Shown: positions 1 to 13,266, numbered from the stretch's first letter. The stretch: 64,000 nucleotides of DNA from Burkholderiales bacterium (GCA_035574195.1 DATLZE010000066.1:19066-83065); one strand, 5' to 3'. A program made the numbers and translations. Notes: generated by a model from the sequence alone, not told the origin.

Positions 1-999
1 CCTCCTCCATCGAGACCTTGCCGGACTGGATGAGCTGGTAGAGCGCCTGCTCGAAGGACTGCGATCCGGGCGCGAGGCTCTGCTCGAGGGCTTCCTTGAT
101 CTGGCCGATCTCGCCGTTCTTGATGAGCTCCTGGATGTGCTTGGTGTTGAGCAGCACTTCCACGGCCGGGATGCGCTTGCCGTCCACCGTCCGCACCAGG
201 CGCTGGGAGATCACCGCGCGCAGCGCGATCGAGAGATCGGCGAGCAACGCCTCGCGCGCTTCGCGCGGGAAGAAGTTGATGATGCGGTTCAACGCGTTGT
301 AGCTGTTGTTGGCGTGCAGCGTGGACAGGCACAGATGCCCGGTCTGGGCGAAGAGCAGCGCTGTCTCGAGCGTCTTGCGGTCGCGAATCTCGCCGATCAT
401 CAGGAGATCGGGCGCCTCCCGCATCGCGCTCACCAGTGCGTTCTCGTAGCTGTGCGTGTCCACGCGCACCTCGCGCTGGTTGACGATGGACTTCTTGTGC
501 TTGAAGGTGAACTCGATCGGGTCTTCCACCGTGAGGATGTGGCCGGTCTTGGTGCTGTTGCGGTAGTCGATCATCGCGGCCATCGTGGTGGACTTGCCGG
601 AGCCGGTCGCGCCGACCACCAGGATCAGACCGAGCTTCTCCATGATGATTTCCTTGAGCACCGGCGGCAGTCCCAGCGTATCGAAGGCCGGCACCTCGGG
701 CTTGACGAAGCGAATCACCATGGCCACCGTGTTGCGCTGGCGAAAGATATTGATGCGAAAGTTGCCGATCTCGCCCGCGCTCTGGGCGAAGTTCATCTCG
801 TGCGTGGTCTCGAATTCCTTGATCTGCGCCTCGGTCATGAGCTCGTAGCAGATCTTGCGGACCTGTTCGGGGTCGAGCGGCTGGTTGTTGATCGGCATCA
901 CTACGCCGTTGATCTTGATCTGGATCGGCGCGCCGGCCGTGAAGAACAGGTCGGAGGCCTGCTTGTCGGCCATCAGCTTGAAGAGCGGAGTGACGAACA
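1..999 (-). CDS. pilU: Type IV pilus twitching-motility ATPase, PilU-like (PilT family); C-terminal end runs off the window
   Basis: My own minus-strand translation from ATG (997-999) reads MFVTPLFKLMADKQASDLFFTAGAPIQIKING... It has Walker A GATGSGKST and LLMIGEIRD...TGHLCLSTLHANN boxes. SD GGGAGGG lies at 1003-1009. It is absent from the ORF track because no stop falls inside the window. Confidence 0.85.
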
Positions 1000-1194
1000 T
1001 GATCCCTCCCGTATCCGAGGCTTTTATATTACCCAGTTTTTCGGCCGGGGGACCGAAAAAAACGAAGCGAGACACCGCGAGCGCGCATCGGGAGAAAAGG
1101 CCGTAATGCGATTGCGGCTTCCCTGGCCGGCGGCCCGCACCGGGCCGGCAGCGGGTGCTCTGCGGTGCGCTGGAAGCCGTGCGAGTGTTTCGGG

Positions 1195-1220
1195 ACTCGT
1201 CGGTTCGAGGCCCGATGAGT
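1195..1220 (-). terminator. Hairpin immediately after the dapD stop (9-bp stem with one mismatch, no U-tract)
   Basis: Plus-strand actcgtcgg (1195-1203) pairs with ccgatgagt (1212-1220). The dapD stop is at 1223-1225. Confidence 0.3.
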
Positions 1221-1222
1221 TC

Positions 1223-2044
1223 CTATTCTCCGCGCAGCAGCTCGTTGATGCTGGTCTTCTCTCGAGTCCTGGCGTCCACGCGCTTGACGATGACCGCGCA
1301 GTAGAGGCCGCAACGTCCGTCGGAGGAGGGCAGACTTCCGGGCACCACGACCGAACCCGCCGGCACGCGCCCGTAGAGGATCTCGCCGCTCTCGCGGTGG
1401 TAGATGCGAGTGCTCGCGCCGATGAACACGCCCATCGAGATCACCGAGCCTTCCTCCACGATCACGCCCTCGACGATTTCCGAGCGCGCGCCGATGAAGC
1501 AGCCGTCCTCGATGATGGTGGGGTTGGCTTGCAGCGGCTCGAGCACCCCCCCGATGCCGACCCCGCCCGAAAGATGCACGTTGCGGCCGATCTGCGCGCA
1601 GGAGCCGACCGTAGCCCAGGTGTCCACCATCGTGCCCTCGCCCACATAGGCGCCGATGTTGACGAAGGAGGGCATCAGGACGACGTTCGCTCCGATGTAC
1701 GCGCCGCGGCGTACCGTGGCCGGCGGCACTACACGGAATCCGCCTTCCCGGAATTCCCGCGGGGTGTAATCGGCGAACTTGGCGGGGACCTTGTCGTAGT
1801 AACGGGTATAGCCGTCGCTCATCACGAAGTTGTCCTGCAGCCGGAACGAGAGCAGCACCGCTTTCTTCACCCACTGATGGGTGACCCAGGCGCCGCCGAG
1901 CTTCTCCGCGACGCGCAGCTCCCCCCGGTCGAGGCGGGCGATGACTTCCTCGACAGCGCGCTTGACTTGCGCCGGGGCATCTTGCGGCGTGAGGCTGGCG
2001 CGGTGCTCCCACGCTTGTTCGATGACAGTCTGGACGTCCTTCAT
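1223..2044 (-). CDS. dapD: 2,3,4,5-tetrahydropyridine-2,6-dicarboxylate N-succinyltransferase
   Basis: ORF 1223..2101 trimmed to the ATG at 2042-2044 ([13 protein letters not shown]...), giving 273 aa. Hexapeptide-repeat body [36 protein letters not shown]. Its start overlaps the dapC stop (ATGA). Confidence 0.93.
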   Translation of the reverse strand: MKDVQTVIEQAWEHRASLTPQDAPAQVKRAVEEVIARLDRGELRVAEKLGGAWVTHQWVKKAVLLSFRLQDNFVMSDGYTRYYDKVPAKFADYTPREFREGGFRVVPPATVRRGAYIGANVVLMPSFVNIGAYVGEGTMVDTWATVGSCAQIGRNVHLSGGVGIGGVLEPLQANPTIIEDGCFIGARSEIVEGVIVEEGSVISMGVFIGASTRIYHRESGEILYGRVPAGSVVVPGSLPSSDGRCGLYCAVIVKRVDARTREKTSINELLRGE

Positions 2045-3246
2045 GCGCGTGATTGTATCTTCTCGACGAAGGTGCGGATGCGCCATGCGGCCTGCACGCA
2101 CTCGGCGGTGGGCGCGACGAGCGCGATGCGCACCCGGTTCGCGCCGGGATTGATCCCGCGCGCCTCGCGCGCGAGGTAGCTTCCCGGCAGCACGGTGACG
2201 GCCTGTTCCCGGTAGAGCCGGCGAGCGAATTCGGTGTCAGGCAGCGGCGTGCGCGGCCAGAGATAGAAGGCGGCGTCCGGCATCCCGACCTCCAGCACCG
2301 GGGCGAGGATCTCGAGCACGGCGGCGAACTTCTCGCGGTAGAGGCGGCGGTTCTCGGCGACGTGAGCCTCGTCCTTCCAGGCCGCGGCGCTCGCCGCCTG
2401 CACCGGCGGGCTCATGGCGCAGCCATGGTAGGTACGGTAGAGCAGGAATCGCTCCAGGATGGCGGCGTCTCCCGCGACGAATCCGGAGCGCATGCCGGGC
2501 ACGTTGGAGCGCTTCGACAGGCTCGAGAACATCACGAGCCCGCGGTATCCCTCGCGGCCGAGCCGCCGGGATGCCTCGAGCGCGCCAAGGGGTGGATGCG
2601 CCTCGTCGAAGTAGATCTCGGAGTAGCACTCGTCGGAGGCGATCACGAACCCGTGGCGTTCCGCCAGCGCGAATAGCCGCTCCCACTCCGCCATCCCCAT
2701 CACGTGCCCGGTGGGGTTGCCGGGCGAGCAGACGTAGACGAGCTGGACGCGGCGCCAGGTATCCTCGGGCAGCTCGTCGAAGTCGAACGCGTAGCCGTTT
2801 TCCGGCAGGTTGTTGAGGTAGAGCGGAGTCGCCCTGGCGAGCAGCGCGGCGCCTTCGTAGATCTGGTAGAAGGGATTGGGACAGACCACGATCGGGTCGG
2901 GGCGCGTCGCATCCACGACCGCCTGGGCGAAGGCGAACAGCGCCTCGCGGCTGCCGTTGACCGGAATCACCTCGGTCGCGGGATCCACGCGCTCCAGACC
3001 GTAGCGCCGCTCGAGCCACTGTGCGATCGCCGCCCTCAGCGCCTCACCGCCGCGAGTCGCAGGATAATCCGCCAGTCCGTCGAGGCGATCCGCGAGCGCC
3101 TGCCGGATGAAGGCCGGCGTCTCGTGCTTGGGCTCGCCGATGTGCAGGGCGATCGTCTTCAGCCCGGGAGGGGGTGAGACGCCTTCGAGCAACGCGGCGA
3201 GTCTCTGGAAGGGATAGCTCTGCAGCCGTTCGAGGTCGGGATTCAC
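2041..3246 (-). CDS. dapC: Succinyldiaminopimelate transaminase (class I/II aminotransferase)
   Basis: PLP-lysine motif [16 protein letters not shown], and the gene is coupled to dapD. The longest ORF reaches 3309 (GTG), but codons 3247-3309 are AT3-rich (tta caa ttc gcg att ttt gaa). GTG at 3244-3246 gives [16 protein letters not shown], the usual DapC N-terminus. Confidence 0.85.
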   Translation of the reverse strand: MNPDLERLQSYPFQRLAALLEGVSPPPGLKTIALHIGEPKHETPAFIRQALADRLDGLADYPATRGGEALRAAIAQWLERRYGLERVDPATEVIPVNGSREALFAFAQAVVDATRPDPIVVCPNPFYQIYEGAALLARATPLYLNNLPENGYAFDFDELPEDTWRRVQLVYVCSPGNPTGHVMGMAEWERLFALAERHGFVIASDECYSEIYFDEAHPPLGALEASRRLGREGYRGLVMFSSLSKRSNVPGMRSGFVAGDAAILERFLLYRTYHGCAMSPPVQAASAAAWKDEAHVAENRRLYREKFAAVLEILAPVLEVGMPDAAFYLWPRTPLPDTEFARRLYREQAVTVLPGSYLAREARGINPGANRVRIALVAPTAECVQAAWRIRTFVEKIQSRA

Positions 3247-3327
3247 TGGGAGGCGCGGGCGGGGCGGTTCAAAAATCGCGAATTGTAACGGGCTTTCCCG
3301 CGACGGCACCCGGGAAGCGGGCGCGCT

Positions 3328-3747
3328 TCACCCGCGCGTGCTCGGCTGCTCGGGCAGCGCCGAGAGATCCAGGCTCGCGCGCGGTCGCCAGCCCGGCTTG
3401 ACGTGCTCCGCCACCACCGTGGTGAAGATCCCCCCGCGCACGTGGAAGCGGGCGGTGAGCCGCATGAAGCGCGGGCGAGCAGCTCGCACCAGGTCGTCGA
3501 GGATGCGGTTGGTGACCGCCTCGTGGAACGCGCCCTCGTTGCGGTAGGCACCGATATAGAGCTTGAGGCTCTTCAGCTCGACGCAGAGGCGGTCGGGCAC
3601 GTAGTCCACGACCAGGGTCGCGAAGTCGGGCTGCCCGGTGCGCGGGCACAGGCAGGTAAACTCCGGTATTTCCATGTGAATCCGGTAGTCCCGCGCTGGC
3701 TTGGGGTTGGCGAAGGTCTCGAGCCCGGGTTTCGGTCTGTACGGCAT
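3328..3747 (-). CDS. queF: NADPH-dependent 7-cyano-7-deazaguanine (preQ0) reductase, unimodular type
   Basis: 139 aa. Catalytic-Cys motif [11 protein letters not shown] and QueF motif ELKSLKLY are present. Confidence 0.9.
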   Translation of the reverse strand: MPYRPKPGLETFANPKPARDYRIHMEIPEFTCLCPRTGQPDFATLVVDYVPDRLCVELKSLKLYIGAYRNEGAFHEAVTNRILDDLVRAARPRFMRLTARFHVRGGIFTTVVAEHVKPGWRPRASLDLSALPEQPSTRG

Positions 3748-3825
3748 TATCGCGGCGGCCCAAATCCGTTAAAATGGCGCACCAAATCGGCCTGCGGATT
3801 ATAACCTCCACGGTACGCGACGAAA

Positions 3826-6800
3826 TTGCGACTCAAGCAGATCAATCTCGCAGGCTTCAAGTCGTTCGTAGACCCCACTCACATCCCCGTCCCCGGACAA
3901 CTCGTCGGCATCGTCGGCCCCAACGGCTGCGGCAAATCGAACGTGATTGACGCCGTGCGCTGGGTGCTCGGCGAGACCTCGGCCCGGCACCTGCGCGGGG
4001 AGACCATGCAGGACGTGCTGTTCAACGGCTCCGGCCAGCGCCAGCCGGTCAACCGGGCGAGCGTCGAGCTGATCTTCGACAACAGCCTCGGGCGGGCCGC
4101 CGGCCAGTGGTCGAGCTACGCCGAAATCTCGGTGAAGCGCGTGCTCGAGCGCGACAGCGAGTCCACCGCCTACTATATCAACAACATTCAGGTGCGGCGG
4201 CGCGACGTCGCCGACATCTTCCTCGGCACCGGCCTCGGCAGCCGCGCCTACGCGATCATCGAGCAGGGGATGATCACCCGGGTGATCGAGGCGAAGCCGG
4301 AGGAGCTGCGCGTCTTCCTGGAGGAGGCGGCCGGGGTCTCGAAATACCGCGAGCGGCGCCGCGAGACGGAGCTGCGGCTCGAGGACACGCGCGAGAACCT
4401 GCTGCGCGTGGAGGACATTCGCCAGGAGCTCGACAAGCAGATCGAGCACCTTGCGGCACAGGCCGAGGTCGCGAGCCGCTACCATGGGCTGCAGGCGCAA
4501 CTGCGCACCACCCAGAACCTGCTGTGGTTCCTGCGCAGGCAGGAGGCGGGGGCGGGCCGCGCGCGCCACGCCCGGGAGATCGAGCGGCTCACGCTCGAGC
4601 TGGAAGCCGAGACCGCCCGGCTGCGCGAGACGGAAAAGCACCTCGAGCAGCTGCGGGCGCAGCACCACCAGGCGAGCGACGCGCTGCACGCAGCGCAGGG
4701 TGGCTACTACGAGGCGAGCGCGGAGACCGCCCGGCTCGAGCAGGAGATCGCGCACCTGCGCGAGAGCCGGGCCCGGGTCGGGCGGGAAATCGCGGAGCTC
4801 GAGGCGCAGCTCGCCCGCGATCGCGAGCAGCTCGCCGCGGCGCAGGCGGGCTCCACGCAATGGCGCGAAGAGCTCGCGCGCGCGGCCGAACGGCTGTCGC
4901 GATGCGAGGCGTCCGTCGCCGCCGAGAGCGAAAAGCTGCCGGTGGCCGAGGAGGCGTTTCGCGCCACCCGCGCCCGCTACGAGGAGCTGCAGCGCGCGCT
5001 CGCCCAGGCCGAGCAGAGCCTGGAGGTGGAGCAGACCAAGCTCGTGCATGCGGCGCAGTTGCTCGAGCAGCTGGCACAGCGTGGCGAGCGGCTGCGCGAG
5101 GAGCGCGCCTCGTTGCAGCCGCCCGACGGGGAGCGCCTGCTCCGGTTGCGCGAGGCGATCGTGCACGAGGCGCAGTCGCTCGACCGCGCGCGCGACGAGC
5201 TTGCGCAGGCCGAACGAGACTTGCCGCTCGCGGAGGAGGTGCAGCGCGAGCGCGACGCCGCGCTCGAATCCGCCAGCCAGCGCGTTGCGGGACTGGAGGC
5301 GCGGCTGCATACGCTCAACCAGCTGCAGCAGCGGCTTGCCCGCAGCTCGGGCACCGAGGAGTGGATCGAGCGGCACGGGCTCGCCCGGGCGCGCCGCCTG
5401 TGGCAGGGGATCCGCATCGAGGATGGCTGGGAGGACGCGCTGGAGGCGGTGCTGCGCGAGCGCCTGGATGCGATCGCGCTGGAGGAGATCGGGCAGGCCG
5501 GCCGCTGGCTCGCCGACCCGCCGCCGGGCAAGCTCACGCTGTATGCGCCTGGGGATCGTGCTCCGGAACCGGATGCGACACCGGGACTCGAGCCGCTGCT
5601 CGGCCACGTCCACTGCGAGGACCGGGCGCTCGAGGCGGCCGTCACCGAATGGCTGCACGCGGTTTACGTGGCTCCGGACGCTCGAGCGGCGCTCGCCCTG
5701 CGAGAACGCTTGCCGCCAGGAGCGCTGCTCGTCACGCGCGAGGGCCACCTTTTCACGCGCCACAGCCTGGGCTTCCACGCACCGGAGAGCGAGCTGCACG
5801 GAGTGCTGGCGCGGCAGCGCGAGATCGAGGAGCTCGAGCGCACGCTCGAGGCCGAGCGCGCGGGGCTCGCTGCACTGCGCGATGCGGCCGGAGCGGCCGG
5901 CCGCGAGGTCGAGCAGCGGCGCGCGCGGCTCGACAGCCTGCGCGCGGCGATCGGCGACCTGCAACAGCGCCATCACGCGCTGCAGATGGAAGAGCTGCAG
6001 CTCGCCGAGCTCGACGAGCGGGTCAAGCAACGCGCGCGCAGAATCGTCGAGGAGCTGGCCGAGGTCGAGGCCCAGCAGGCGGCGAGCGCGGCGAGCCACG
6101 AAGCGGCGCAGGCGCGCATCGCGGAGCTGCGATCGCAGGCGCAAGGGTTGCGCGAACAGCTCGCCCTCGCTGCCGATCTGTACCGCCGTGCCGAGGCGGT
6201 TCTCGAACGGCAGCGCCAAGCCCTGCAGCGTGCCCGCGAGGAGGCACAACAGGCGCAGTTTCAGAAGACGCTCTGTGCCAGCAAGCTCGACGAGATAGAA
6301 AACACGATTAAAGCGATTTCCGAGAACAGCGAGCGGCTCGCCGCGACGCTCGAGAAACGGCGCAGCGAGCTCGCCGGCTACGACGAGGCGACGCTCGGCG
6401 AACAGCTGCAGAAGGCGCTGTCGAGGCGGGCGGAGCGCGAGCAGGCGCTCGCTCGCGCCCGCGACGCCTTGGAAGGCATGGAAGGCCAGCTCAGGGCGAC
6501 CGACGAAGCGCGCCAGTCGTGCGAGCAAAAACTCGAGCCGTTGCGGGAGAAAATCAGCGAAGCGCGGCTCAAGGAACAAGAAGCGCGGTTGAACGAGGAG
6601 CAGTATGCGCGCAGCCTGGCGGAGGCGGGCGCGCGCGAGGAGGAGCTCGCGGCGCTCGCCGAACGGGGCACCCGCGCGAGCTCGCTCCAGGGCGAGATCG
6701 CCCGCCTGACCGAAGAGATCCAGGCGCTCGGCGCCGTCAATCTGGCCGCTGTCGAAGAGCTGGAGGCCGCGCGCGCCCGCAAGGACTATCTCGACGCCCA

Positions 6801-7347
6801 ATCGCGCGATCTCACCGAGGCGATGGCGACACTCGAGGACGCGATCCGGCGGATCGACCGCGAGACGCGCGAGAAGCTGCAGCACACCTTCGACGAGGTC
6901 AACCGCCACTTCGGTACGCTGTTTCCCGCGCTCTTCGGCGGGGGACATGCACGCCTCACGCTGACCGGCGAGGAGATCCTCGATGCGGGCGTGCAGGTGA
7001 TCGCGCAGCCCCCGGGCAAGAAGACCACCACCATCCATTTGCTCTCGGGAGGCGAGAAGGCGCTCGCTGCGCTCGCGCTCGTGTTCGCGCTCTTCCAGCT
7101 CAATCCCGCGCCTTTCTGTATGCTCGACGAGGTGGACGCTCCCCTCGACGATCACAATACCGAGCGCTTCTGCGAGCTGGTGAAGAAAATGTCGCAGCAC
7201 TCGCAGTTCCTGTTCATCAGCCACAACAAGATCACCATGGAGATCGCCGAGCAACTGCTCGGCATCACGATGCAGGAGCCCGGCGTCTCGCGCGTGGTGG
7301 CGGTAGACATCGAGGAGGCGATGAAGCTGAGGGAAGCCGCTGCGTAG
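3826..7347 (+). CDS. smc: Chromosome segregation protein SMC
   Basis: 1173 aa with a TTG start (MRLKQINLAGFKSFVDPT). Walker A GPNGCGKSN, long coiled-coil arms, signature LSGGEKALAALALVFA and Walker B FCMLDEVDAPLD. Confidence 0.96.
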   Translation: MRLKQINLAGFKSFVDPTHIPVPGQLVGIVGPNGCGKSNVIDAVRWVLGETSARHLRGETMQDVLFNGSGQRQPVNRASVELIFDNSLGRAAGQWSSYAEISVKRVLERDSESTAYYINNIQVRRRDVADIFLGTGLGSRAYAIIEQGMITRVIEAKPEELRVFLEEAAGVSKYRERRRETELRLEDTRENLLRVEDIRQELDKQIEHLAAQAEVASRYHGLQAQLRTTQNLLWFLRRQEAGAGRARHAREIERLTLELEAETARLRETEKHLEQLRAQHHQASDALHAAQGGYYEASAETARLEQEIAHLRESRARVGREIAELEAQLARDREQLAAAQAGSTQWREELARAAERLSRCEASVAAESEKLPVAEEAFRATRARYEELQRALAQAEQSLEVEQTKLVHAAQLLEQLAQRGERLREERASLQPPDGERLLRLREAIVHEAQSLDRARDELAQAERDLPLAEEVQRERDAALESASQRVAGLEARLHTLNQLQQRLARSSGTEEWIERHGLARARRLWQGIRIEDGWEDALEAVLRERLDAIALEEIGQAGRWLADPPPGKLTLYAPGDRAPEPDATPGLEPLLGHVHCEDRALEAAVTEWLHAVYVAPDARAALALRERLPPGALLVTREGHLFTRHSLGFHAPESELHGVLARQREIEELERTLEAERAGLAALRDAAGAAGREVEQRRARLDSLRAAIGDLQQRHHALQMEELQLAELDERVKQRARRIVEELAEVEAQQAASAASHEAAQARIAELRSQAQGLREQLALAADLYRRAEAVLERQRQALQRAREEAQQAQFQKTLCASKLDEIENTIKAISENSERLAATLEKRRSELAGYDEATLGEQLQKALSRRAEREQALARARDALEGMEGQLRATDEARQSCEQKLEPLREKISEARLKEQEARLNEEQYARSLAEAGAREEELAALAERGTRASSLQGEIARLTEEIQALGAVNLAAVEELEAARARKDYLDAQSRDLTEAMATLEDAIRRIDRETREKLQHTFDEVNRHFGTLFPALFGGGHARLTLTGEEILDAGVQVIAQPPGKKTTTIHLLSGGEKALAALALVFALFQLNPAPFCMLDEVDAPLDDHNTERFCELVKKMSQHSQFLFISHNKITMEIAEQLLGITMQEPGVSRVVAVDIEEAMKLREAAA

Positions 7348-7379
7348 GAGTTTGTTCGGCCTGCGGCCTCCAAACTCCT
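7346..7379 (+). terminator. Hairpin directly after the smc stop (9-bp outer stem plus GGCC/GGCC inner stem, no U-tract)
   Basis: aggagtttg (7346-7354) pairs with caaactcct (7371-7379). The smc TAG is at 7345-7347. Confidence 0.4.
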
Positions 7380-7419
7380 GTATGGAACGCTGTTCGCGAA
7401 TTCAGGTCGAGTCCGTTCG

Positions 7420-7445
7420 GGAATCCGCCGGATGCGGCGGATTCC
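7420..7445 (+). promoter_or_regulatory. Perfect 10-11 bp GC-rich hairpin about 20 nt upstream of the zipA start
   Basis: ggaatccgcc (7420-7429) pairs with ggcggattcc (7436-7445). Confidence 0.3.
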
Positions 7446-7464
7446 TGGCGCCACTGGGTGTCCA

Positions 7465-10595
<3,131 letters not shown>

Positions 10596-10596
10596 G

Positions 10597-11499
10597 GTGG
10601 AACGCACGATCCGCAAAGCTGTTTTTCCGGTGGCCGGGCTCGGCACGCGGTTCCTGCCGGCGACCAAGGCGAGTCCGAAGGAAATGCTGCCAGTCGTGGA
10701 CAAGCCGCTGATCCAGTACGCGGTGGAGGAGGCGGTGGCGGCCGGCATGACCGAAATGATCTTCGTCACCGGGCGCGGCAAGCGCGCGATCGAGGATCAC
10801 TTCGACACCGCCTACGAGCTCGAAACCGAGTTGCAGAAGCGCGGCCATCCGGAGCTTTTGAAAGCGGTGCGGAAAATTCTTCCGCCCCGCATCAGCTGCA
10901 CCTATGTGCGGCAGCCGCAACCGCTGGGGCTGGGGCACGCGATCCTGTGCGCGCAGCACGTCGTGGGCGAGGAACCCTTCGCGGTGGTGCTCGCAGACGA
11001 TCTCCTGGATGCCGCGCCGCCGGTCCTGGCACAGATGGCGGATCTCTTCGAGCGCCGTGCGTGCCCGGTCGTCGCTGTGCACCGGATCCGGCGCGAGCAG
11101 GCGCGGCGCTACGGCATCGTCGCACTGCGGCGCGGCGAGCGCCCGCCCTGCGCCATCACGGGCATCGTGGAAAAGCCGTCTCCACGCTCCGCTCCGTCCA
11201 CCTTCTCCGTGGTCGGCCGCTACTTGCTCACGCCCCGCATCTTCCATCACCTGCGCCGCCTGAGACCCGGTTCCGGCGGCGAGCTCCAGCTCACCGATGC
11301 GATCGCCGCCCTGCTCGCGGAGCAGGAGGTGCTCGCGCTCGAGTTCGAGGGCGCACGCTACGACTGCGGCAGCAAGCTCGGTTATTTGCAGGCCAACCTG
11401 CACTACGCCCTGCGCCATCCCGAGGTGGGCACGCAATTCCGCCGCTATTTACGCAGCCTGGCGCTGTCCCGGGCGCCGGGCGGCCGGCACACGCTATAA
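10597..11499 (+). CDS. galU: UTP--glucose-1-phosphate uridylyltransferase
   Basis: GTG start 1 nt after the ligA stop. N-terminus [36 protein letters not shown]. Confidence 0.93.
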   Translation: MERTIRKAVFPVAGLGTRFLPATKASPKEMLPVVDKPLIQYAVEEAVAAGMTEMIFVTGRGKRAIEDHFDTAYELETELQKRGHPELLKAVRKILPPRISCTYVRQPQPLGLGHAILCAQHVVGEEPFAVVLADDLLDAAPPVLAQMADLFERRACPVVAVHRIRREQARRYGIVALRRGERPPCAITGIVEKPSPRSAPSTFSVVGRYLLTPRIFHHLRRLRPGSGGELQLTDAIAALLAEQEVLALEFEGARYDCGSKLGYLQANLHYALRHPEVGTQFRRYLRSLALSRAPGGRHTL

Positions 11500-11503
11500 T
11501 ATT

Positions 11504-11557
11504 GCCGTGCCCGGCAGGCTTGCCGGGCACGGCAGGCCCGCTTCCGCGCGGAGCGGG
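11504..11557 (+). terminator. Two tandem GC-rich hairpins after galU (13-bp perfect stem, then 8-bp stem); no U-tract
   Basis: gccgtgcccggca (11504-11516) pairs with tgccgggcacggc (11521-11533). The second hairpin is cccgcttc...gaagcggg-like at 11537-11557. Confidence 0.5.
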
Positions 11558-11576
11558 CTGCGCAAAGGAGCGCGTC

Positions 11577-11945
11577 GTGGCAAACAAGCTGATGATCGTG
11601 ATGGTCAACACCGATCCCCGGAACGCCGCGGAGCTGGGGGCGCCGTTCTTCCAGGCGACCGTGGCGGCAGCCATGGACTACGAGGTGGAGGTGATCCTGA
11701 CCGCACGCGCCGGAGAGCTCGCGAAGAAGGGTGTGGCCGAGAAGCTCTACGTCAAGGAGGGCTCGGGGAAGAGCGTCTACGACTTCATCAAGGACGCCCA
11801 CGAGGCCGGCGTGCACTTCAAGGTGTGCACGCCCACCCTCGACCTGTGGGGCAACGACCTGATACCCGAGATCGAGGAGACGGTGGGCGGCGCCTACGTG
11901 ATCCAGCAGGCGATGGACGACCAGGTGGTCACCTTCACGTACTGA
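11577..11945 (+). CDS. DsrE/DsrF-like family protein (small sulfur-carrier-like fold, conserved Cys)
   Basis: Only the last 122 codons of ORF 10947..11945 look real. GTG start with AAGGAG 6 nt upstream. Sequence ANKLMIVMVNTDPRNAAELGAPFFQATVAAAMDYEVEVILTARAG...HFKVCTPTLDLWG; the Cys codon is at 11826-11828. Confidence 0.7.
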   Translation: MANKLMIVMVNTDPRNAAELGAPFFQATVAAAMDYEVEVILTARAGELAKKGVAEKLYVKEGSGKSVYDFIKDAHEAGVHFKVCTPTLDLWGNDLIPEIEETVGGAYVIQQAMDDQVVTFTY

Positions 11946-12503
11946 GTGCCGCTCTCCCCCGCACAAGCTCGGCGCGTACTGGAGGAGGCGGAGCTGCTCT
12001 GTTCCGCCGCCGTCGTTGCCGAGGCGATTGCGCGACTTGCGCGCGAAATCTCCGGAGCGCTCGCGGAGAGCTTCCCCGTGGTGCTGTGCGTGATGCGCGG
12101 GAGCGTCATCTTCGCTGGGCAACTGCTGCCGCGGCTGCGCTTCCCCCTCGAGTTCGACTATCTCGATGTGACGCGCTACGGGGACGCGACCCGGGGCGGC
12201 GAGCTTTCCTGGAAAGTGACGCCGGGCACCGCAGTCGCGGGGCGCGTGGTGCTGGTGCTCGACGACGTGCTCGACGAAGGACAGACGCTCGCCGCGATCC
12301 GCGACGCGCTCGTCGCGGCCGGCGCCGAGCGCGTCTATTGCGCGGTGCTGGCGGACAAGCACAAGGACCGCCCGAAGCCGGTGCAGGCAGATTTCGTGGG
12401 AGTGAAGCTGCCCGACCGCTACGTGTTCGGCTGCGGCATGGACGTGAGCGGCGCATGGCGCAACCTCCCGGAAATCTACGCGCTGAAGGGCAGCAAGACG
12501 TAA
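11946..12503 (+). CDS. hpt: Hypoxanthine-guanine phosphoribosyltransferase (6-oxopurine PRTase)
   Basis: 185 aa. GTG start abuts the stop of the preceding gene. PRPP loop VVLVLDDVLDEGQTL; C-terminal FGCGMDVSGAWRNLPEIY. Confidence 0.8.
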   Translation: MPLSPAQARRVLEEAELLCSAAVVAEAIARLAREISGALAESFPVVLCVMRGSVIFAGQLLPRLRFPLEFDYLDVTRYGDATRGGELSWKVTPGTAVAGRVVLVLDDVLDEGQTLAAIRDALVAAGAERVYCAVLADKHKDRPKPVQADFVGVKLPDRYVFGCGMDVSGAWRNLPEIYALKGSKT

Positions 12504-12519
12504 GGGAGCTCGCCTCATC

Positions 12520-13266
12520 ATGCTGGGTATCATCGGCGGCAGCGGCCTGTCGCGGCTCGCCAATCTGGAGGTGACGCGGCGCCTGGCGGTGCGCACCCCC
12601 TACGGCGAGCCTTCCGGGGCTCTCGTCTTCGGCCGCATCCGCGGCCGCGAGGTGGTGTTCCTGGCGCGCCACGGCTACGGTCACACCATCCCGCCGCACG
12701 AGGTGAACTACCGCGCCAATATCTGGGCGCTGCACGCCCAGAAGGTGACCGACGTGGTCTCGATCGCCTCGGTGGGCGGGATCCGCAGCGATCTCGCACC
12801 GGGCACGCTCGCGGTGCCCGACCAGATCATTGACTACACGCACGGGCGGGCGGCGACCTTCTTCGGGCGAGGCGAGCGCGGCGTGACTCACGTGGATTTC
12901 ACCCGCCCTTACTGCGAGTCCATGCGCCAGCGCCTGCTCGAGGCGGCGAAACGGGCGGGCGAGGCGATCGTCGCGGGCGGAACGTACGCCGCCACGCAGG
13001 GGCCGCGGCTGGAGACCGCAGCAGAGATCAATCGCCTGGAGCGGGACGGCGCCGACATGGTCGGCATGACCGGGATGCCGGAGGCGGTGCTCGCGCGCGA
13101 GATCGGCCTGTGTTACGCCGCCATCGCGGTGGTAGTCAACCACGCCGCAGGGCGCGGCACGAGCGCCGAGGCGGTGCGCCTGGAGGAGATCGCCGCGGTA
13201 TCGCAGCGCGCCGCAGAGCGGGTGCGCAACATCCTCGATCAACTGGTGACTCTCGATGGCGGTTAG
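12520..13266 (+). CDS. mtnP: S-methyl-5'-thioadenosine / 5'-methylthioinosine phosphorylase
   Basis: 248 aa. [10 protein letters not shown]...[25 protein letters not shown]...[18 protein letters not shown], a PNP/MTAP family signature. Confidence 0.88.
   Translation: MLGIIGGSGLSRLANLEVTRRLAVRTPYGEPSGALVFGRIRGREVVFLARHGYGHTIPPHEVNYRANIWALHAQKVTDVVSIASVGGIRSDLAPGTLAVPDQIIDYTHGRAATFFGRGERGVTHVDFTRPYCESMRQRLLEAAKRAGEAIVAGGTYAATQGPRLETAAEINRLERDGADMVGMTGMPEAVLAREIGLCYAAIAVVVNHAAGRGTSAEAVRLEEIAAVSQRAAERVRNILDQLVTLDGG

Noticed and set aside
1195-1220. GGTTCGAGG T-loop-like motif suggesting a tRNA
   Set aside because: No acceptor, D or anticodon arms can be built around it. It is just the loop of the post-dapD hairpin.
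137-2179. 680-aa plus-strand ORF spanning the pilU and dapD regions
   Set aside because: It is antisense to two well-supported minus-strand genes. The translation is Arg/Ala/Gly/His-rich low complexity with no motifs, a typical high-GC shadow ORF.
3799-7254. 1151-aa minus-strand ORF, plus the 734-aa and 615-aa alternative plus-frame ORFs at 4107-6311
   Set aside because: All overlap smc, whose frame carries Walker A/B and the SMC signature. The others are Arg/Ala/Pro-rich shadow frames.
10947-11945. 332-aa ORF, and similar composite ORFs at 18395-19963, 20202-21350, 27161-28747, 27934-29211, 28824-30017, 34105-35628, 61057-62400, 61944-62777 and 62501-63838
   Set aside because: Only the 3' part of each is a real gene (DsrE-like, pyrH, uppS, lpxD, fabZ, lpxA, SpoU MTase, pdxJ, acpS, nagZ). 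The 5' parts are out-of-frame read-through over the preceding gene, so I trimmed each to the start supported by my recollection of typical N-termini for the family.
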